Below the pieces are notes generated by a model that saw only the letters and a program-made list of their open reading frames with translations, had not been told where the DNA came from and did not search any database. Below, one piece after another: positions 1 to 13,495 of a stretch of DNA of 64,000 bases. The position numbers were made by a program, and so were the translations under genes. The stretch lies in the NCBI RefSeq assembly GCF_011045215.1, contig NZ_CP049201.1; one strand, given 5' to 3'. Position 1 is the first letter of the stretch, and each line of letters opens with the position of its first letter. The stretch is from Escherichia coli. GTDB lineage: Bacteria; Pseudomonadota; Gammaproteobacteria; Enterobacterales; Enterobacteriaceae.

Positions 1-482
1 AAACGCAACTGCGGGAAGTGGCAGCGAAACTGGATTTGAGCAATGTTGCTGATACCGAAGAAGACCGCGACACGTTGCTACAATTGCTGTTTACCTTTGG
101 CGTAGAGCCAAATATTGGCAAAGAAAAACCGACCTTTGTGTACCACTTTCCAGCCAGCCAGGCATCACTGGCGCAAATCAGTACCGAAGATCATCGGGTC
201 GCTGAACGCTTTGAGGTTTATTATAAAGGTATTGAGCTGGCGAATGGTTTCCATGAATTGACGGATGCCCGTGAGCAGCAACAACGCTTTGAACAAGATA
301 ACCGTAAGCGCGCGGCGCGCGGTTTGCCGCAGCACCCTATTGACCAGAATCTGATTGACGCCTTGAAAGTCGGTATGCCTGACTGTTCCGGCGTGGCATT
401 AGGTGTTGATCGTCTGGTGATGTTGGCGCTGGGCGCGGAGACACTGGCTGAAGTCATCGCCTTTAGCGTTGACCGGGCATAA
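1..482 (+). CDS. epmA: EF-P lysyltransferase EpmA (PoxA/GenX), C-terminal ~160 codons; gene begins upstream of window
   Basis: Open frame in phase 3 ending at stop 480-482; translation (...[14 protein letters not shown]...[11 protein letters not shown]...) is a class II aaRS-like catalytic core recognised as EpmA C-terminus. Confidence 0.9.
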
Positions 483-512
483 TTCTGAAAAATTACTGAA
501 TTAACAGCGAAG

Positions 513-535
513 AATGGCGTGATAAGCGCCATTCT
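513..535 (+). terminator. Hairpin downstream of epmA (8-bp perfect stem GAATGGCG/CGCCATTC)
   Basis: Perfect inverted repeat 30 nt after the epmA stop; no strong T-tract, so terminator function is tentative. Confidence 0.4.
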
Positions 536-700
536 GTAGCATATGTTTTCATTTTTCTGTTAAAGGCCACAATTTAAGACTGGATATTTGATATCATCCA
601 GGTATCAATTCTGTATTGGTTTTGACGCTGCCCGCTCAATGTTGGGCAGTGCAGTTCAGTGGGCGCGTTTTATACACGCGCTGAAATGAAGGATGGTTTC

Positions 701-2203
701 ATGCCTCACACGATAAAAAAGATGAGTCTGATAGGACTCATATTGATGATCTTTACTTCCGTATTTGGATTTGCCAATAGCCCATCGGCTTATTACTTAA
801 TGGGTTATAGTGCGATTCCCTTTTATATATTTTCTGCATTGTTATTCTTTATTCCATTCGCCTTAATGATGGCTGAAATGGGAGCTGCTTATCGCAAAGA
901 AGAAGGTGGTATCTATTCCTGGATGAATAATAGTGTCGGACCACGTTTTGCCTTCATTGGTACGTTTATGTGGTTTTCCTCTTATATCATCTGGATGGTG
1001 AGTACCTCCGCGAAAGTTTGGGTACCGTTCTCAACATTCCTCTATGGTAGCGACATGACCCAGCACTGGCGTATTGCCGGACTGGAGCCTACGCAGGTGG
1101 TTGGTCTGCTGGCAGTGGCATGGATGATTCTGGTCACCGTCGTTGCTTCTAAGGGGATTAATAAAATTGCCCGCATTACTGCGGTGGGCGGTATTGCAGT
1201 AATGTGTCTGAATTTAGTATTGCTGTTAGTAAGCATTACTATTTTGTTATTAAATGGTGGGCATTTCGCGCAGGATATTAATTTCCTTGCATCACCGAAC
1301 CCGGGTTATCAGTCCGGTCTGGCAATGCTATCGTTTGTGGTATTTGCTATTTTTGCCTATGGCGGAATTGAAGCGGTTGGTGGTCTGGTCGATAAAACGG
1401 AAAATCCAGAAAAGAACTTTGCCAAAGGTATTGTTTTTGCCGCTATTGTTATTTCAATCGGTTATTCGCTGGCAATATTTTTATGGGGCGTCAGCACAAA
1501 CTGGCAGCAGGTATTAAGTAATGGTTCCGTTAACCTCGGCAATATTACCTATGTGCTGATGAAGAGCCTCGGGGTGACGCTGGGTAACGCACTGCATTTG
1601 TCTCCTGAAGCGTCATTGTCGCTGGGCGTATGGTTTGCGCGTATTACCGGACTTTCGATGTTCCTCGCTTATACCGGTGCGTTCTTTACGCTTTGCTATT
1701 CACCGCTGAAAGCCATCATCCAGGGGACGCCGAAAGCATTGTGGCCGGAACCGATGACGCGCCTGAATGCGATGGGGATGCCGTCTATCGCCATGTGGAT
1801 GCAGTGCGGGTTGGTTACTGTCTTCATCCTGCTGGTTTCGTTTGGTGGCGGTACCGCATCGGCGTTCTTTAACAAGCTGACGCTGATGGCGAACGTGTCT
1901 ATGACGCTTCCTTACCTGTTCCTCGCGCTGGCTTTCCCATTCTTTAAAGCACGTCAGGATCTCGACAGACCATTTGTGATTTTCAAAACGCGTATGTCGG
2001 CAATGATTGCGACGGTGGTTGTCGTTCTGGTGGTGACATTTGCGAACGTCTTCACCATTATTCAGCCTGTGGTTGAAGCCGGAGACTGGGACAGCACATT
2101 GTGGATGATTGGCGGCCCTGTCTTCTTCTCGCTGTTAGCGATGGCGATTTACCAGAACTATTGCAGTCGCATGGCGAATAAACCTGAGTTAGCTCTCGAC
2201 TGA
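701..2203 (+). CDS. yjeM: Putative APC-family amino acid/polyamine transporter YjeM
   Basis: ORF 659..2203; ATG at 701 preceded by AAGGA; 500 aa from this start matches YjeM; highly hydrophobic multi-TM protein. Confidence 0.9.
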   Translation: MPHTIKKMSLIGLILMIFTSVFGFANSPSAYYLMGYSAIPFYIFSALLFFIPFALMMAEMGAAYRKEEGGIYSWMNNSVGPRFAFIGTFMWFSSYIIWMVSTSAKVWVPFSTFLYGSDMTQHWRIAGLEPTQVVGLLAVAWMILVTVVASKGINKIARITAVGGIAVMCLNLVLLLVSITILLLNGGHFAQDINFLASPNPGYQSGLAMLSFVVFAIFAYGGIEAVGGLVDKTENPEKNFAKGIVFAAIVISIGYSLAIFLWGVSTNWQQVLSNGSVNLGNITYVLMKSLGVTLGNALHLSPEASLSLGVWFARITGLSMFLAYTGAFFTLCYSPLKAIIQGTPKALWPEPMTRLNAMGMPSIAMWMQCGLVTVFILLVSFGGGTASAFFNKLTLMANVSMTLPYLFLALAFPFFKARQDLDRPFVIFKTRMSAMIATVVVVLVVTFANVFTIIQPVVEAGDWDSTLWMIGGPVFFSLLAMAIYQNYCSRMANKPELALD

Positions 2204-2218
2204 TCATATGAAATCCTG

Positions 2219-2247
2219 CAACTCATCGTCTCTCCGGCGATGAGTTG
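2219..2247. terminator. Hairpin between convergent yjeM and mscM (candidate bidirectional terminator)
   Basis: 10-bp perfect inverted repeat CAACTCATCG ... CGATGAGTTG with 9-nt loop, lying between the two convergent stop codons. Confidence 0.5.
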
Positions 2248-2353
2248 TCAGGAAGTAATGCGTATGGATGATACTCTCCAGGGCCGGTGATAACTGAAGA
2301 TGATGTTAAGCTGCTAAATGAGCCACGTTGACATCATTTGGCAGCTTCATGCA

Positions 2354-5300
2354 TTACAAACTTCCCGCCTGACGACCTTTGCCCGCAGACGTCAGCGTTC
2401 TCCCCGTTTGTTTACCGTTGAGGCTTTCCAGACGCATCTGGAAGGGCGGGAATGGCATATCGATACCGTGGGCATGGAAGCCAGCCAGAATCAGCTGGTG
2501 GATCTCATGGCGTAGCGGCATACGGTGACCCATCTCAGCGGCGTAAATACGCAGCTCGAAAATCTGAATCCCCTGTTGCAGATCCACCAGGAAGACTTCC
2601 GGTGCCGGGTTGTCGATCACCAGCGAGCAGCGACGCGCTGCGGTGAGCAGGATTTCCGTCACTTCTTCACTGTTGGCATCGGCAGGGGCCGGAATCGTCA
2701 ACACCACGCGCGTGACCGAGTCAGAGAGCGACCAGTTGATAAACTGCTCGGTAATAAACGCCTTGTTCGGCACGATTATCTCTTTACGGTCCCAGTCGCT
2801 GATGGTGGTGGCGCGGGTGTTAATTTTTGTCACGCTGCCGGTAAGATCGCGGATCGTTACCGTATCGCCAATGCGAATCGGTTTTTCGAACAGGATGATC
2901 AGGCCAGAGATAAAGTTGGCGAAAATTTCCTGCAAACCAAAACCGAGACCAACACCGAGCGCGGCAACCAGCCACTGCAATTTCGACCACTCAATACCAA
3001 TCATTGAGAAGCCGACCAGCCCGCCAATCAGCATCAGCAGATATTTGGTGATGGTGGTGATGGCGTAACCCGTACCCGGCGTTAAATCCAGGTGCTGCAA
3101 AATCGCCAGTTCCAGCAGCGCGGGCAGGTTGCGCACCAGTTGCGTGGTGATGATAAACACCAGAATGGCAATCAGCACCGCACCGAGGGTAATTGGCTCC
3201 AGACTTTCTACGCCCTGTACCGTGGAGGTGACATCCCACAGCGAAATATTTTCGAGGAAGCCGAAAGCGGAATGGATTTCTGACCACAGCACAATGACCG
3301 AAAGCAGGGCGATCAACATCAAAATTGAGCGCACCAGCCGCAAGGATTGCGCACTAATGGCATCGAGATCGACTTCGCTTTCATCGACTTCAATTGCCCC
3401 TTCCGGGCTACTGTGATGATGTGCTTCCTCTTCGCCACGCGCGCGTTGCGCTAACATCTCTGCCCGGCGATGCTTCGCCCGGTCAAACGCCAGCCTGCGG
3501 CGCTGGATCAGCATCCAGCGGCGGATAACGTGATAAACCACCAGTAGCAGGAACCAGATGGCAACCGAGGTTTCAAGCCTCGCTAACAGCGCCTGTGCCG
3601 TTGCCAGATAACCCACCGCCGACGCCAGAATGGCAACCAGTGGCGCGCCAATCATCATGTTCCACAACATATGGTTGGTAATATTGTCGCCGCTGCCTTC
3701 TTTGTTGAGATACAGCGGGATCCCGGCCTTTTTCAGGCTGAGGGTGACCACCGCCAGCGCACCGCAAATGAGGATAAAGCAAAGCCGTCCCAGCGAACCG
3801 GAAAATTCGCGGTCGTCGAGGTTATCGAACATCATCAGCGCCATAATCAGTGGCACAATAAGCCCGATGCTCATCAGGTAGTAGCGCATCCCACGAGAAA
3901 CACGTTCGCGCGGCCAGCCAAAATGAGCGATAAACAAGCCGTTCGGGCGGGCAAAAGTAGCGCAAATCATCACTACCCACAGCAGCGGCACGGTGGCTGT
4001 TACGCCATCGCCAATCGCGACCGCCAGCGGATAAGGCCACGCCTCGCGCAAGCCGTAACCCAGCGTCATCCACAGCACCGGCAGCGGTGACGCGACGAGA
4101 ATCGACCAGAAAAGAGTGCGTAACGTCAGCCAGAAGTGATCCTGAGTCACTTTACCGACTTTCGCCGCCGAACGTTCAAGAAAACGGGTGAAATAGCGGC
4201 GCGAGTAAATACTGCAACCGACCAGAATCAACGCGCCAAACAGCGGCAAAATCGTCTCTTTGCTGGTCAGCATCATCACACTGGCTTTGCCCAACTGACT
4301 GAAGGTGTCCAGCGAAATGAGACGACGCAGATCCTGGGCGATTTCCAGCGGCCAGGCGATGGTCATCGGGCGCACGTCAGAGGTCCAGAACAGATAGCGG
4401 TGCGTCGCTTCGTTCACCTCTTTCAGCGCATCCTCCAGTTGCCCGTTAGAGACTTTCAGCTTGGTCAGTTCCAGCAGTAGTGTGTCGCCACCCTGCAACA
4501 ATGAGTTCAGCAACTCACGCTGAGTGCGTAGCTGTGCTTCGAGAATACGGTTTTGCTCGGCAGTCAGCGGCTGACCGTCGGCCTGATGAATTTGCCGTAG
4601 CAGCGGCTGTTTATTAAGCAGATCCTCATAACGTAACCGTTGCACACGCAACTGCGCCATTTCGGTATCAAGCTGTTGTGGTTTCGGCATTTCCGGCAGC
4701 CGTGCCACCTGCGCCCGCAACGCTTCACCGAGCAGATTGGACGATCCCAGCCATTGCGACTGTTCACGCAGCGTATTCAACGCCTGCCGGACCTGTAACG
4801 TCTGGCTGGCAGCCTGACGCTGTTGCGAGGCAACGAGATCCATCCGCTGCGCCTGTTGATTCAAAGCCGCCGATAGTTCGCGGTTAATTTTGAATTGCGC
4901 GACGATATCTTTCGGCAAATCGGCACTGTTTTCTGCTAGTAATTCGGTACTTTCCAGCGCCCGCTCGGCCTCAAGCTGGCGTTGGCTGTTCAATTGATTA
5001 CGCAAGGCCTGCAAATACGCATCCAGTTGCTGGCTCTCTTTTTCAGCCAGCTCAGAGCGCAAGCGCGCTAATTCCTGGCGGTTATTGGCAGACAGCTGCG
5101 CCAGCTCCAGTTCATCAACGAGCGCCTTAAGACGTGCAGAGTCAGACTGCAACGAGAAATTTTGTGCCTGATTGAGCGGAGTATTGCCGGTAAGCGTTCC
5201 CAGGCGGCGCTCGATCTCGTTTAACTGACGGCGGGCGTCGGTTTGCTGTTGCGGCAGTTGATTCAGCGAATCGGCAATCTCGCGGGCGCGCTCCTGCTCT

Positions 5301-5677
5301 TGCTGGGCCTGACGGCTTTTATCCAGCAACTGACTGCTGACCTGGAGAATTTCCTGATTCAGCGCGTCGGTAGACATCCCCGGCGACACGCTGCGCGGCT
5401 CGTCACGCATGTTGTTTAATTGTGCGCGCAGAGTTGCGGAGAGTTTCGGGTAATTATCGATAACTTGCTGATATTGTTTGATGCGCTCAAGGGAACCTTT
5501 TCGTTCCTCAAGCGCATTTAAGGCAGACTGGAGTGCCTCTATGACTTCTGGCTGCGCGGGTTTCGCCGCTTTTGCCTGCTCCAGTTCCTGGGTGATTTGT
5601 TTGCTATCGGGGGCCGTCGCGGCGTACGCCCCCCAACTGAGGCACCAGGCCATCAGAAAAGTGATAATCAGGCGCAC
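2354..5677 (-). CDS. mscM: Miniconductance mechanosensitive channel MscM (YjeP), MscS family
   Basis: 1107-aa ORF; N-terminal signal peptide, long coiled-coil periplasmic region, C-terminal MscS-type membrane/channel domain; length matches MscM. Confidence 0.95.
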   Translation of the reverse strand: MRLIITFLMAWCLSWGAYAATAPDSKQITQELEQAKAAKPAQPEVIEALQSALNALEERKGSLERIKQYQQVIDNYPKLSATLRAQLNNMRDEPRSVSPGMSTDALNQEILQVSSQLLDKSRQAQQEQERAREIADSLNQLPQQQTDARRQLNEIERRLGTLTGNTPLNQAQNFSLQSDSARLKALVDELELAQLSANNRQELARLRSELAEKESQQLDAYLQALRNQLNSQRQLEAERALESTELLAENSADLPKDIVAQFKINRELSAALNQQAQRMDLVASQQRQAASQTLQVRQALNTLREQSQWLGSSNLLGEALRAQVARLPEMPKPQQLDTEMAQLRVQRLRYEDLLNKQPLLRQIHQADGQPLTAEQNRILEAQLRTQRELLNSLLQGGDTLLLELTKLKVSNGQLEDALKEVNEATHRYLFWTSDVRPMTIAWPLEIAQDLRRLISLDTFSQLGKASVMMLTSKETILPLFGALILVGCSIYSRRYFTRFLERSAAKVGKVTQDHFWLTLRTLFWSILVASPLPVLWMTLGYGLREAWPYPLAVAIGDGVTATVPLLWVVMICATFARPNGLFIAHFGWPRERVSRGMRYYLMSIGLIVPLIMALMMFDNLDDREFSGSLGRLCFILICGALAVVTLSLKKAGIPLYLNKEGSGDNITNHMLWNMMIGAPLVAILASAVGYLATAQALLARLETSVAIWFLLLVVYHVIRRWMLIQRRRLAFDRAKHRRAEMLAQRARGEEEAHHHSSPEGAIEVDESEVDLDAISAQSLRLVRSILMLIALLSVIVLWSEIHSAFGFLENISLWDVTSTVQGVESLEPITLGAVLIAILVFIITTQLVRNLPALLELAILQHLDLTPGTGYAITTITKYLLMLIGGLVGFSMIGIEWSKLQWLVAALGVGLGFGLQEIFANFISGLIILFEKPIRIGDTVTIRDLTGSVTKINTRATTISDWDRKEIIVPNKAFITEQFINWSLSDSVTRVVLTIPAPADANSEEVTEILLTAARRCSLVIDNPAPEVFLVDLQQGIQIFELRIYAAEMGHRMPLRHEIHQLILAGFHAHGIDMPFPPFQMRLESLNGKQTGRTLTSAGKGRQAGSL

Positions 5678-5698
5678 GTCAGCGTTTCCTTTGATGGA

Positions 5699-6667
5699 TT
5701 AGACCTGGTCTTTTTTATCGTCAACCAATGGGCTGGCGTCGTGTTCTGCTTCGATCTCTTCAGCAGGAAGCGGGGCGGGTTCAGCGTCTGGCGTAACAAA
5801 GGTTTCGGTAGATACTGCCAGCGGCTGGCCAATTTTCGTGACAGACAGGCTTTCCAGTTGCTCAACCAGATTCACTTTACCCGGTGCAAACAGGTTGATA
5901 ACGGTGGAACCGAGTTTAAAGCGACCCATTTCCTGGCCTTTCAGCAGTGCCACAGAACCGTCGTTTTCCCCGGCAGGCCAGGTCCAGCGCTTGATGATGC
6001 CTTCGCGCGGCGGCGTAATGGTGCCCGCCCAGACAGTCTCAATGCTGCCTACAATCGTCGCACCGACCAGAATCTGCGCCATTGGGCCAAATTCGGTATC
6101 GAACAGGCAGATCACGCGTTCGTTACGGGCAAACAGATTCGGCACGTTCTGAGCCGTGAGATGGTTAACGGAGAAGAGATCGCCCGGCACGTAGATCATC
6201 TCACGCAGAATACCGTTGCACGGCATGTGTACGCGGTGGTAGTCACGCGGGGAGAGGTAAGTGGTCACAAACGTACCGTTGCGGAACAGGTCCGCCATCA
6301 GATAGTTGCCTGCCAGCAGGGCTTCGAGGCTGTAGTTGTGGCCTTTGGCTTGCAGGATTTTATCTTCTTCGATTTTACCCAACTGGCTGATAACGCCATC
6401 GGCAGGCATAACCAGGACATTCGGATCGGTATCGATTGGGCGTACTTCGTCACGCAGCGGACGGACAAAGAATTCGTTAAAGGTGCGGTAGCTGGCGGTG
6501 TCCGGCTTTTGCGCCTCTTTCATGTCGACCTTGTAGTATTTAACGAACAGATCGATAACCAGTTTTGTCAGCCATCCTGCCCGCTTGCTTGCGCCCCAAC
6601 CCGCCAGGCGAGTAAGCCATAGTTTCGGCAGAATGTACTGTAGCGAAAGTTTAAATGAATTTAACAA
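5699..6667 (-). CDS. psd: Phosphatidylserine decarboxylase proenzyme
   Basis: 322-aa ORF recognised as Psd, with LGST self-cleavage motif near the C-terminus (...[11 protein letters not shown]...); immediately upstream of mscM on the same strand. Confidence 0.95.
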
Positions 6668-6763
6668 GGTAGCCTCCAGGCCATTGTTTTGTCGTTCCTG
6701 ATCCGGCCTACATGCCGGATCCTGAAAAAAAGGGGACGATTCTAACGACGGTTAGCTTAATTG

Positions 6764-7816
6764 TCAGTCATCCGTATCAGAAAAGTTTTTACGCGTTTTT
6801 ACCTGCGCCATGCTTTCCAGAATACGGTGATAGTTTTCGAAACGGGTTTCCGCGATTTTCCCTTCCTCAACCGCTTCCCGGATAGCGCAGCCCGGATCGG
6901 TATCGTGTTTGCAATCGCGATATTTACACAGACCTAAGTAGTCATGGAATTCGACAAAACCCTGAGTGATTTGTTCCGGCTCCAGGTGCCAGAGGCCGAA
7001 CTCACGCACACCAGGGGAATCAATCACATCACCGCCGTGCGGGAAGTGATACAGCCGAGCGGCGGTCGTGGTGTGCTGACCAAGCCCCGAGTTGTCAGAG
7101 ACATCGTTGGTCAGGATCTCTTTTTGCAGCCCCAGCAACGCGTTCAGCAGGCTGGATTTACCAACGCCAGACTGCCCGGCAAAAATGCTGATGCGCCCGG
7201 TCAACGCCTCTTCCAGCGGTTTCAGCCCATCCTGAGTATGGCTGGAAACCATCAATACGCGATAACCGATATTGCGGTAGATATCCATCTGCTCGTTGAC
7301 GAATGCCATGCCTTCGTCGTCCAGCAGGTCTATCTTGTTGAGCACAATAATCGGCTCAATCTGCAAGGTTTCGCAGGCCACCAGGTAACGGTCGATAATA
7401 TTGAGCGACAGCTCCGGCAAAATGGCGGAGACAATGACAATCTGGTCGATGTTGGCGGCAATAGGTTTCACGCCGTCGTAGAAATCCGGACGCGTCAACA
7501 CTGAGGTGCGCTCATGCACCGCTTCCACGATCCCTTTGACATTTACGCCTTCCGCCGCCGGTTTACCCGGACGCCAGACTACGCGGTCGCCGGTCACCAG
7601 CGAACGGATGGTACGGCGAATATTGCAGCGGTGAACGTCGCCATCGGCGGATTCCACATCAGCGTGCATACCAAAGCGGCTGATGACGATACCTTCATCA
7701 GGCTCGCCAAACAGATTGTCGTCGTAGTCGGGCTTCTCCTTAGACGTTTTAAGACGACGCTGGTGATTGGCGTTCACGCGGCGCTGCTGGCCTTTGGAGA
7801 GTTTATTTTTACTCAA
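6764..7816 (-). CDS. rsgA: Ribosome small-subunit biogenesis GTPase RsgA (YjeQ)
   Basis: ORF 6764..7849; the 350-aa protein I remember begins [13 protein letters not shown], which corresponds to a TTG start at 7814-7816; G-motifs ([10 protein letters not shown]) present. Confidence 0.85.
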
Positions 7817-7910
7817 TCGTACTGACTCCTGGTCGCCCCTGATGGGCAAAACATCTATGATACACGCAATTGTGGATCAATATAGTCACTGTGAATGGGT
7901 GGAAAATAGC

Positions 7911-8456
7911 ATGAGTGCCAATGAAAACAACCTGATTTGGATCGATCTTGAGATGACCGGTCTGGATCCCGAGCGCGATCGCATTATTGAGATTGCCACG
8001 CTGGTGACCGATGCCAATCTGAATATTCTGGCAGAAGGGCCGACCATTGCAGTACATCAGTCCGATGAACAGCTGGCGCTGATGGATGACTGGAACGTGC
8101 GCACCCATACCGCCAGCGGGCTGGTGGAGCGCGTGAAAGCGAGCACGATGGGCGATCGTGAAGCTGAACTGGCAACGCTCGAATTTTTAAAACAGTGGGT
8201 GCCTGCGGGTAAATCGCCGATTTGCGGTAACAGCATCGGTCAGGATCGTCGCTTCCTGTTTAAATACATGCCGGAGCTGGAAGCCTACTTCCACTACCGT
8301 TATCTCGATGTCAGCACCCTGAAAGAGCTGGCGCGCCGCTGGAAGCCGGAAATTCTTGATGGTTTTACCAAACAGGGGACGCATCAGGCGATGGATGATA
8401 TCCGTGAATCGGTGGCGGAGCTGGCTTACTACCGCGAGCATTTTATCAAGCTGTAA
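7911..8456 (+). CDS. orn: Oligoribonuclease (3'-5' exoribonuclease, DEDDh family)
   Basis: ATG at 7911 gives 181 aa starting [20 protein letters not shown] (exonuclease motif I); the longer 229-aa ORF from 7767 is an in-frame upstream extension. Confidence 0.93.
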
Positions 8457-8581
8457 AATTTTTGCTGGTCACGTAAGCGCCGGAATCCACTTGCGGCGGC
8501 GTGATTTTGACGCTAAATTGAACGTCTTGCTGATAATTTCAGCACTTGAGATAAAAACTCAAAAAAAATTTTTTAGGGGGG

Positions 8582-8609
8582 TTGCAGAGGGAAAGATTTC
8601 TCGTATAAT
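8582..8609 (+). promoter_or_regulatory. Sigma70 promoter for the tRNA-Gly gene (-35 TTGCAG at 8582-8587, -10 TATAAT at 8604-8609)
   Basis: Consensus -10 and near-consensus -35 with 16-nt spacer, A/T-rich UP-like tract upstream (8561-8580) and GC-rich discriminator GCGCCTCCC downstream, as typical of stringently controlled stable-RNA promoters. Confidence 0.7.
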
Positions 8610-8666
8610 GCGCCTCCCGTAACGACGCAGAAATGCGAAAATTACGAAAGCAAAATTAAGTAGTAC

Positions 8667-8742
<76 letters not shown>

Positions 8743-8749
8743 AATTCTT

Positions 8750-9011
8750 CTCTCAATAAAATATCCACAGCGACGCGATGCGTTATTGCTGGTTTTTGTT
8801 GTCTCTGACAAACTCTTGTAAACAGAGTTATCCACAGCCTCAGGCTGTAATCTTAATTTCAAAGAAACTTCGCACGGTGAATAGTATTTTTTTAACCTAT
8901 TGATAGGTAAGTTAAAAATTAAGATTCCGTTTTGTCGAGTCGATCACTTGACGATTTTATTCGTCTTGAATTGCAATGCGTTTTTATTTTTATTCACAAG
9001 CTGTGGATGAA
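8750..9011. promoter_or_regulatory. datA: datA-like DnaA-titration locus: DnaA-box cluster with a putative IHF site
   Basis: DnaA-box 9-mers at 8761-8769 (ATATCCACA, 8/9), 8828-8836 (TTATCCACA, 9/9), 8990-8998 (TTATTCACA, fits TTATNCACA) and 9002-9010 (TGTGGATGA, complement form, 8/9); IHF-consensus match TAACCTATTGATA at 8893-8905 with flanking A/T tract; position between the tRNA-Gly gene and queG matches where I remember datA. Confidence 0.7.
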
Positions 9012-10149
9012 TCAGGCGTCACGCGGTAACCCTTTTTCAATCACCCGAACCAGACGCTGTTTTTTCGGCAATTGCACTTCGACTATGCACGCATTTCGCC
9101 TCTCGATTTGCTGCGCCATCGCCCACGCTATGTGCTCATCAAGAAGTGGGTGCTCACCTTTGCGACTCTCCAGCGCCGCCAGAATCGTTTCATCCCAGGG
9201 CGCATTGCCTAATGCCACGGCGATATTACGCAGCCAGCGCAGGTGACCTATACGGCGAATCGCCGAACCTTCCGTGACTTTTAAAAACCTCTCTTCGCTC
9301 CAGGCGAATAACTCAATGAGTTCCGGTGCGTGTAGCGGCTTACGCGGGCTGAAATCGTCTTCTGTAGTGAGTTGTGAATAGCGATTCCACGGGCAGATAA
9401 GCTGGCAGTCATCGCAACCGTAAATACGGTTTCCCATTAACGGTCGCAACTCTTCCGGGATCGCCCCTTCCAGTTCGATGGTGAGATAAGAGATACAGCG
9501 GCGAGCATCGACGGTATATGGCTCGACGATGGCACCGGTCGGGCAAATCGTCATACAGGCCACGCATTTGCCGCATCCTTCCTCGACTGGTTGATCCACG
9601 GGCAGCGGAATATCGACCAGCAATTCGCCTAAAAAGAAGAACGAACCGGCCTCGCGATTGAGGATAAGTGAGTGCTTACCTGTCCAGCCGAGCCCAGCTT
9701 TTTCAGCTAACGGGCGCTCGAGAATAGGCGCAGAATCGACAAACGGTCTAAAATTCAGCGAAACACAATGTTGCTGAATCATCTCGCCCAGCTTTTTGAG
9801 TCGGTTGCGCAGAAGTTTGTGATAGTCACGGCCCAGCGCATAACGGCTAACATAGCCGAGTTTGGGGTTTTTCAGCGTGCTGGCAAATGCGGCGTTAGCA
9901 GGAAGGTAATTCATCCGCACGCTGATCACGCGCAGCGTACCGGGCAATAACTCATGGGGGCGAGCGCGCAGCATACCGTGACGTGCCATCCAGTCCATTT
10001 CGCCGTGGTATTGTTTGTCCAGCCATGCTTGCAGTTTGGGCTCGGACTCGCTGAGATCGGTATCGGTAATACCTACCTGCTGAAAGCCCAGTTCCAGCCC
10101 CCACTGTTTAATTTTTTGCGCTAACTGATTGAGATCGAGGGGCTCTGAC

Positions 10150-10151
<2 letters not shown>
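9012..10151 (-). CDS. queG: Epoxyqueuosine reductase QueG (YjeS), cobalamin/4Fe-4S enzyme
   Basis: ORF 9012..10259; 379-aa protein starts MSEPLDLNQLAQKIK at ATG 10149-10151; ferredoxin-type Cys clusters (CGKCVACMTICP, CDDCQLICP). Confidence 0.9.
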
Positions 10152-12130
<1,979 letters not shown>

Positions 12131-12148
12131 CCTTTGAAAGGTGGCGGG

Positions 12149-13486
12149 ATGATGTATCGCATCAGAAATTGGTTGGTAGCGACGTTGCTGCTGCTGTGCG
12201 CGCAGTCGGGTGCCGCGACGCTCTCTGATATTCAGGTTTCTAACGGCAACCAACAGGCGCGGATAACGTTGAGTTTTATTGGCGATCCTGATTATGCGTT
12301 TAGCCATCAAAGCAAACGCACCGTGGCGCTCGATATCAAACAAACGGGCGTGATTCAGGGACTGCCGTTGTTGTTCAGCGGTAATAATCTGGTGAAGGCG
12401 ATTCGCTCCGGAACGCCTAAAGATGCACAAACGCTACGGCTGGTGGTCGATCTTACCGAAAACGGTAAAACCGAAGCGGTGAAGCGGCAGAATGGCAGCA
12501 ATTACACTGTCGTCTTTACGATTAACGCCGATGTGCCGCCACCGCCTCCTCCGCCGCCCGTGGTTGCGAAACGCGTTGAAACGCCTGCGGTTGTCGCACC
12601 GCGCGTCAGCGAACCGGCGCGCAATCCGTTTAAAACGGAAAGTAACCGCACTACGGGTGTTATCAGCAGTAATACGGTAACGCGTCCGGCTGCGCGCGCG
12701 ACGGCTAACACTGGCGATAAAATTATCATCGCTATTGATGCCGGACACGGCGGTCAGGACCCTGGCGCTATCGGCCCCGGTGGTACGCGGGAGAAAAATG
12801 TCACCATCGCCATCGCGCGTAAATTGCGTACTTTGCTCAATGACGATCCGATGTTTAAAGGCGTTTTAACCCGTGACGGGGATTACTTTATCTCGGTGAT
12901 GGGGCGCAGCGATGTGGCACGTAAGCAAAACGCCAATTTCCTCGTGTCGATTCACGCTGATGCCGCACCGAACCGCAGTGCGACTGGCGCTTCCGTATGG
13001 GTGCTCTCTAACCGTCGCGCCAACAGCGAAATGGCCAGCTGGCTGGAGCAGCACGAGAAACAGTCGGAGCTGCTGGGCGGGGCGGGTGATGTGCTGGCGA
13101 ACAGTCAGTCTGACCCCTATTTAAGCCAGGCGGTGCTGGATTTACAGTTCGGTCATTCCCAGCGGGTAGGGTATGATGTAGCGACCAGTATGATCAGTCA
13201 GTTGCAACGCATTGGCGAAATACATAAACGTCGACCAGAACACGCCAGCCTTGGCGTTCTGCGCTCGCCGGATATCCCATCAGTACTGGTCGAAACCGGT
13301 TTTATCAGCAACAACAGCGAAGAACGTTTGCTGGCGAGCGACGATTACCAACAACAGCTGGCAGAAGCCATTTACAAAGGCCTGCGCAATTATTTCCTTG
13401 CGCATCCGATGCAATCTGCGCCGCAGGGTGCAACGGCACAAACTGCCAGTACGGTGACGACGCCAGATCGCACGCTGCCAAACTAA
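12149..13486 (+). CDS. amiB: N-acetylmuramoyl-L-alanine amidase AmiB
   Basis: 445 aa from ATG 12149 ([16 protein letters not shown] signal peptide); AMIN domain, poly-Pro linker, Amidase_3 catalytic domain ([14 protein letters not shown]). Confidence 0.93.
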   Translation: MMYRIRNWLVATLLLLCAQSGAATLSDIQVSNGNQQARITLSFIGDPDYAFSHQSKRTVALDIKQTGVIQGLPLLFSGNNLVKAIRSGTPKDAQTLRLVVDLTENGKTEAVKRQNGSNYTVVFTINADVPPPPPPPPVVAKRVETPAVVAPRVSEPARNPFKTESNRTTGVISSNTVTRPAARATANTGDKIIIAIDAGHGGQDPGAIGPGGTREKNVTIAIARKLRTLLNDDPMFKGVLTRDGDYFISVMGRSDVARKQNANFLVSIHADAAPNRSATGASVWVLSNRRANSEMASWLEQHEKQSELLGGAGDVLANSQSDPYLSQAVLDLQFGHSQRVGYDVATSMISQLQRIGEIHKRRPEHASLGVLRSPDIPSVLVETGFISNNSEERLLASDDYQQQLAEAIYKGLRNYFLAHPMQSAPQGATAQTASTVTTPDRTLPN

Positions 13487-13495
13487 GGACGATTG

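Noticed and set aside
5597-6622. 341-aa plus-strand ORF antisense to psd
   Set aside because: Lies entirely inside and opposite the well-supported psd gene; no start context, no recognisable domain; typical GC-rich antisense open frame.
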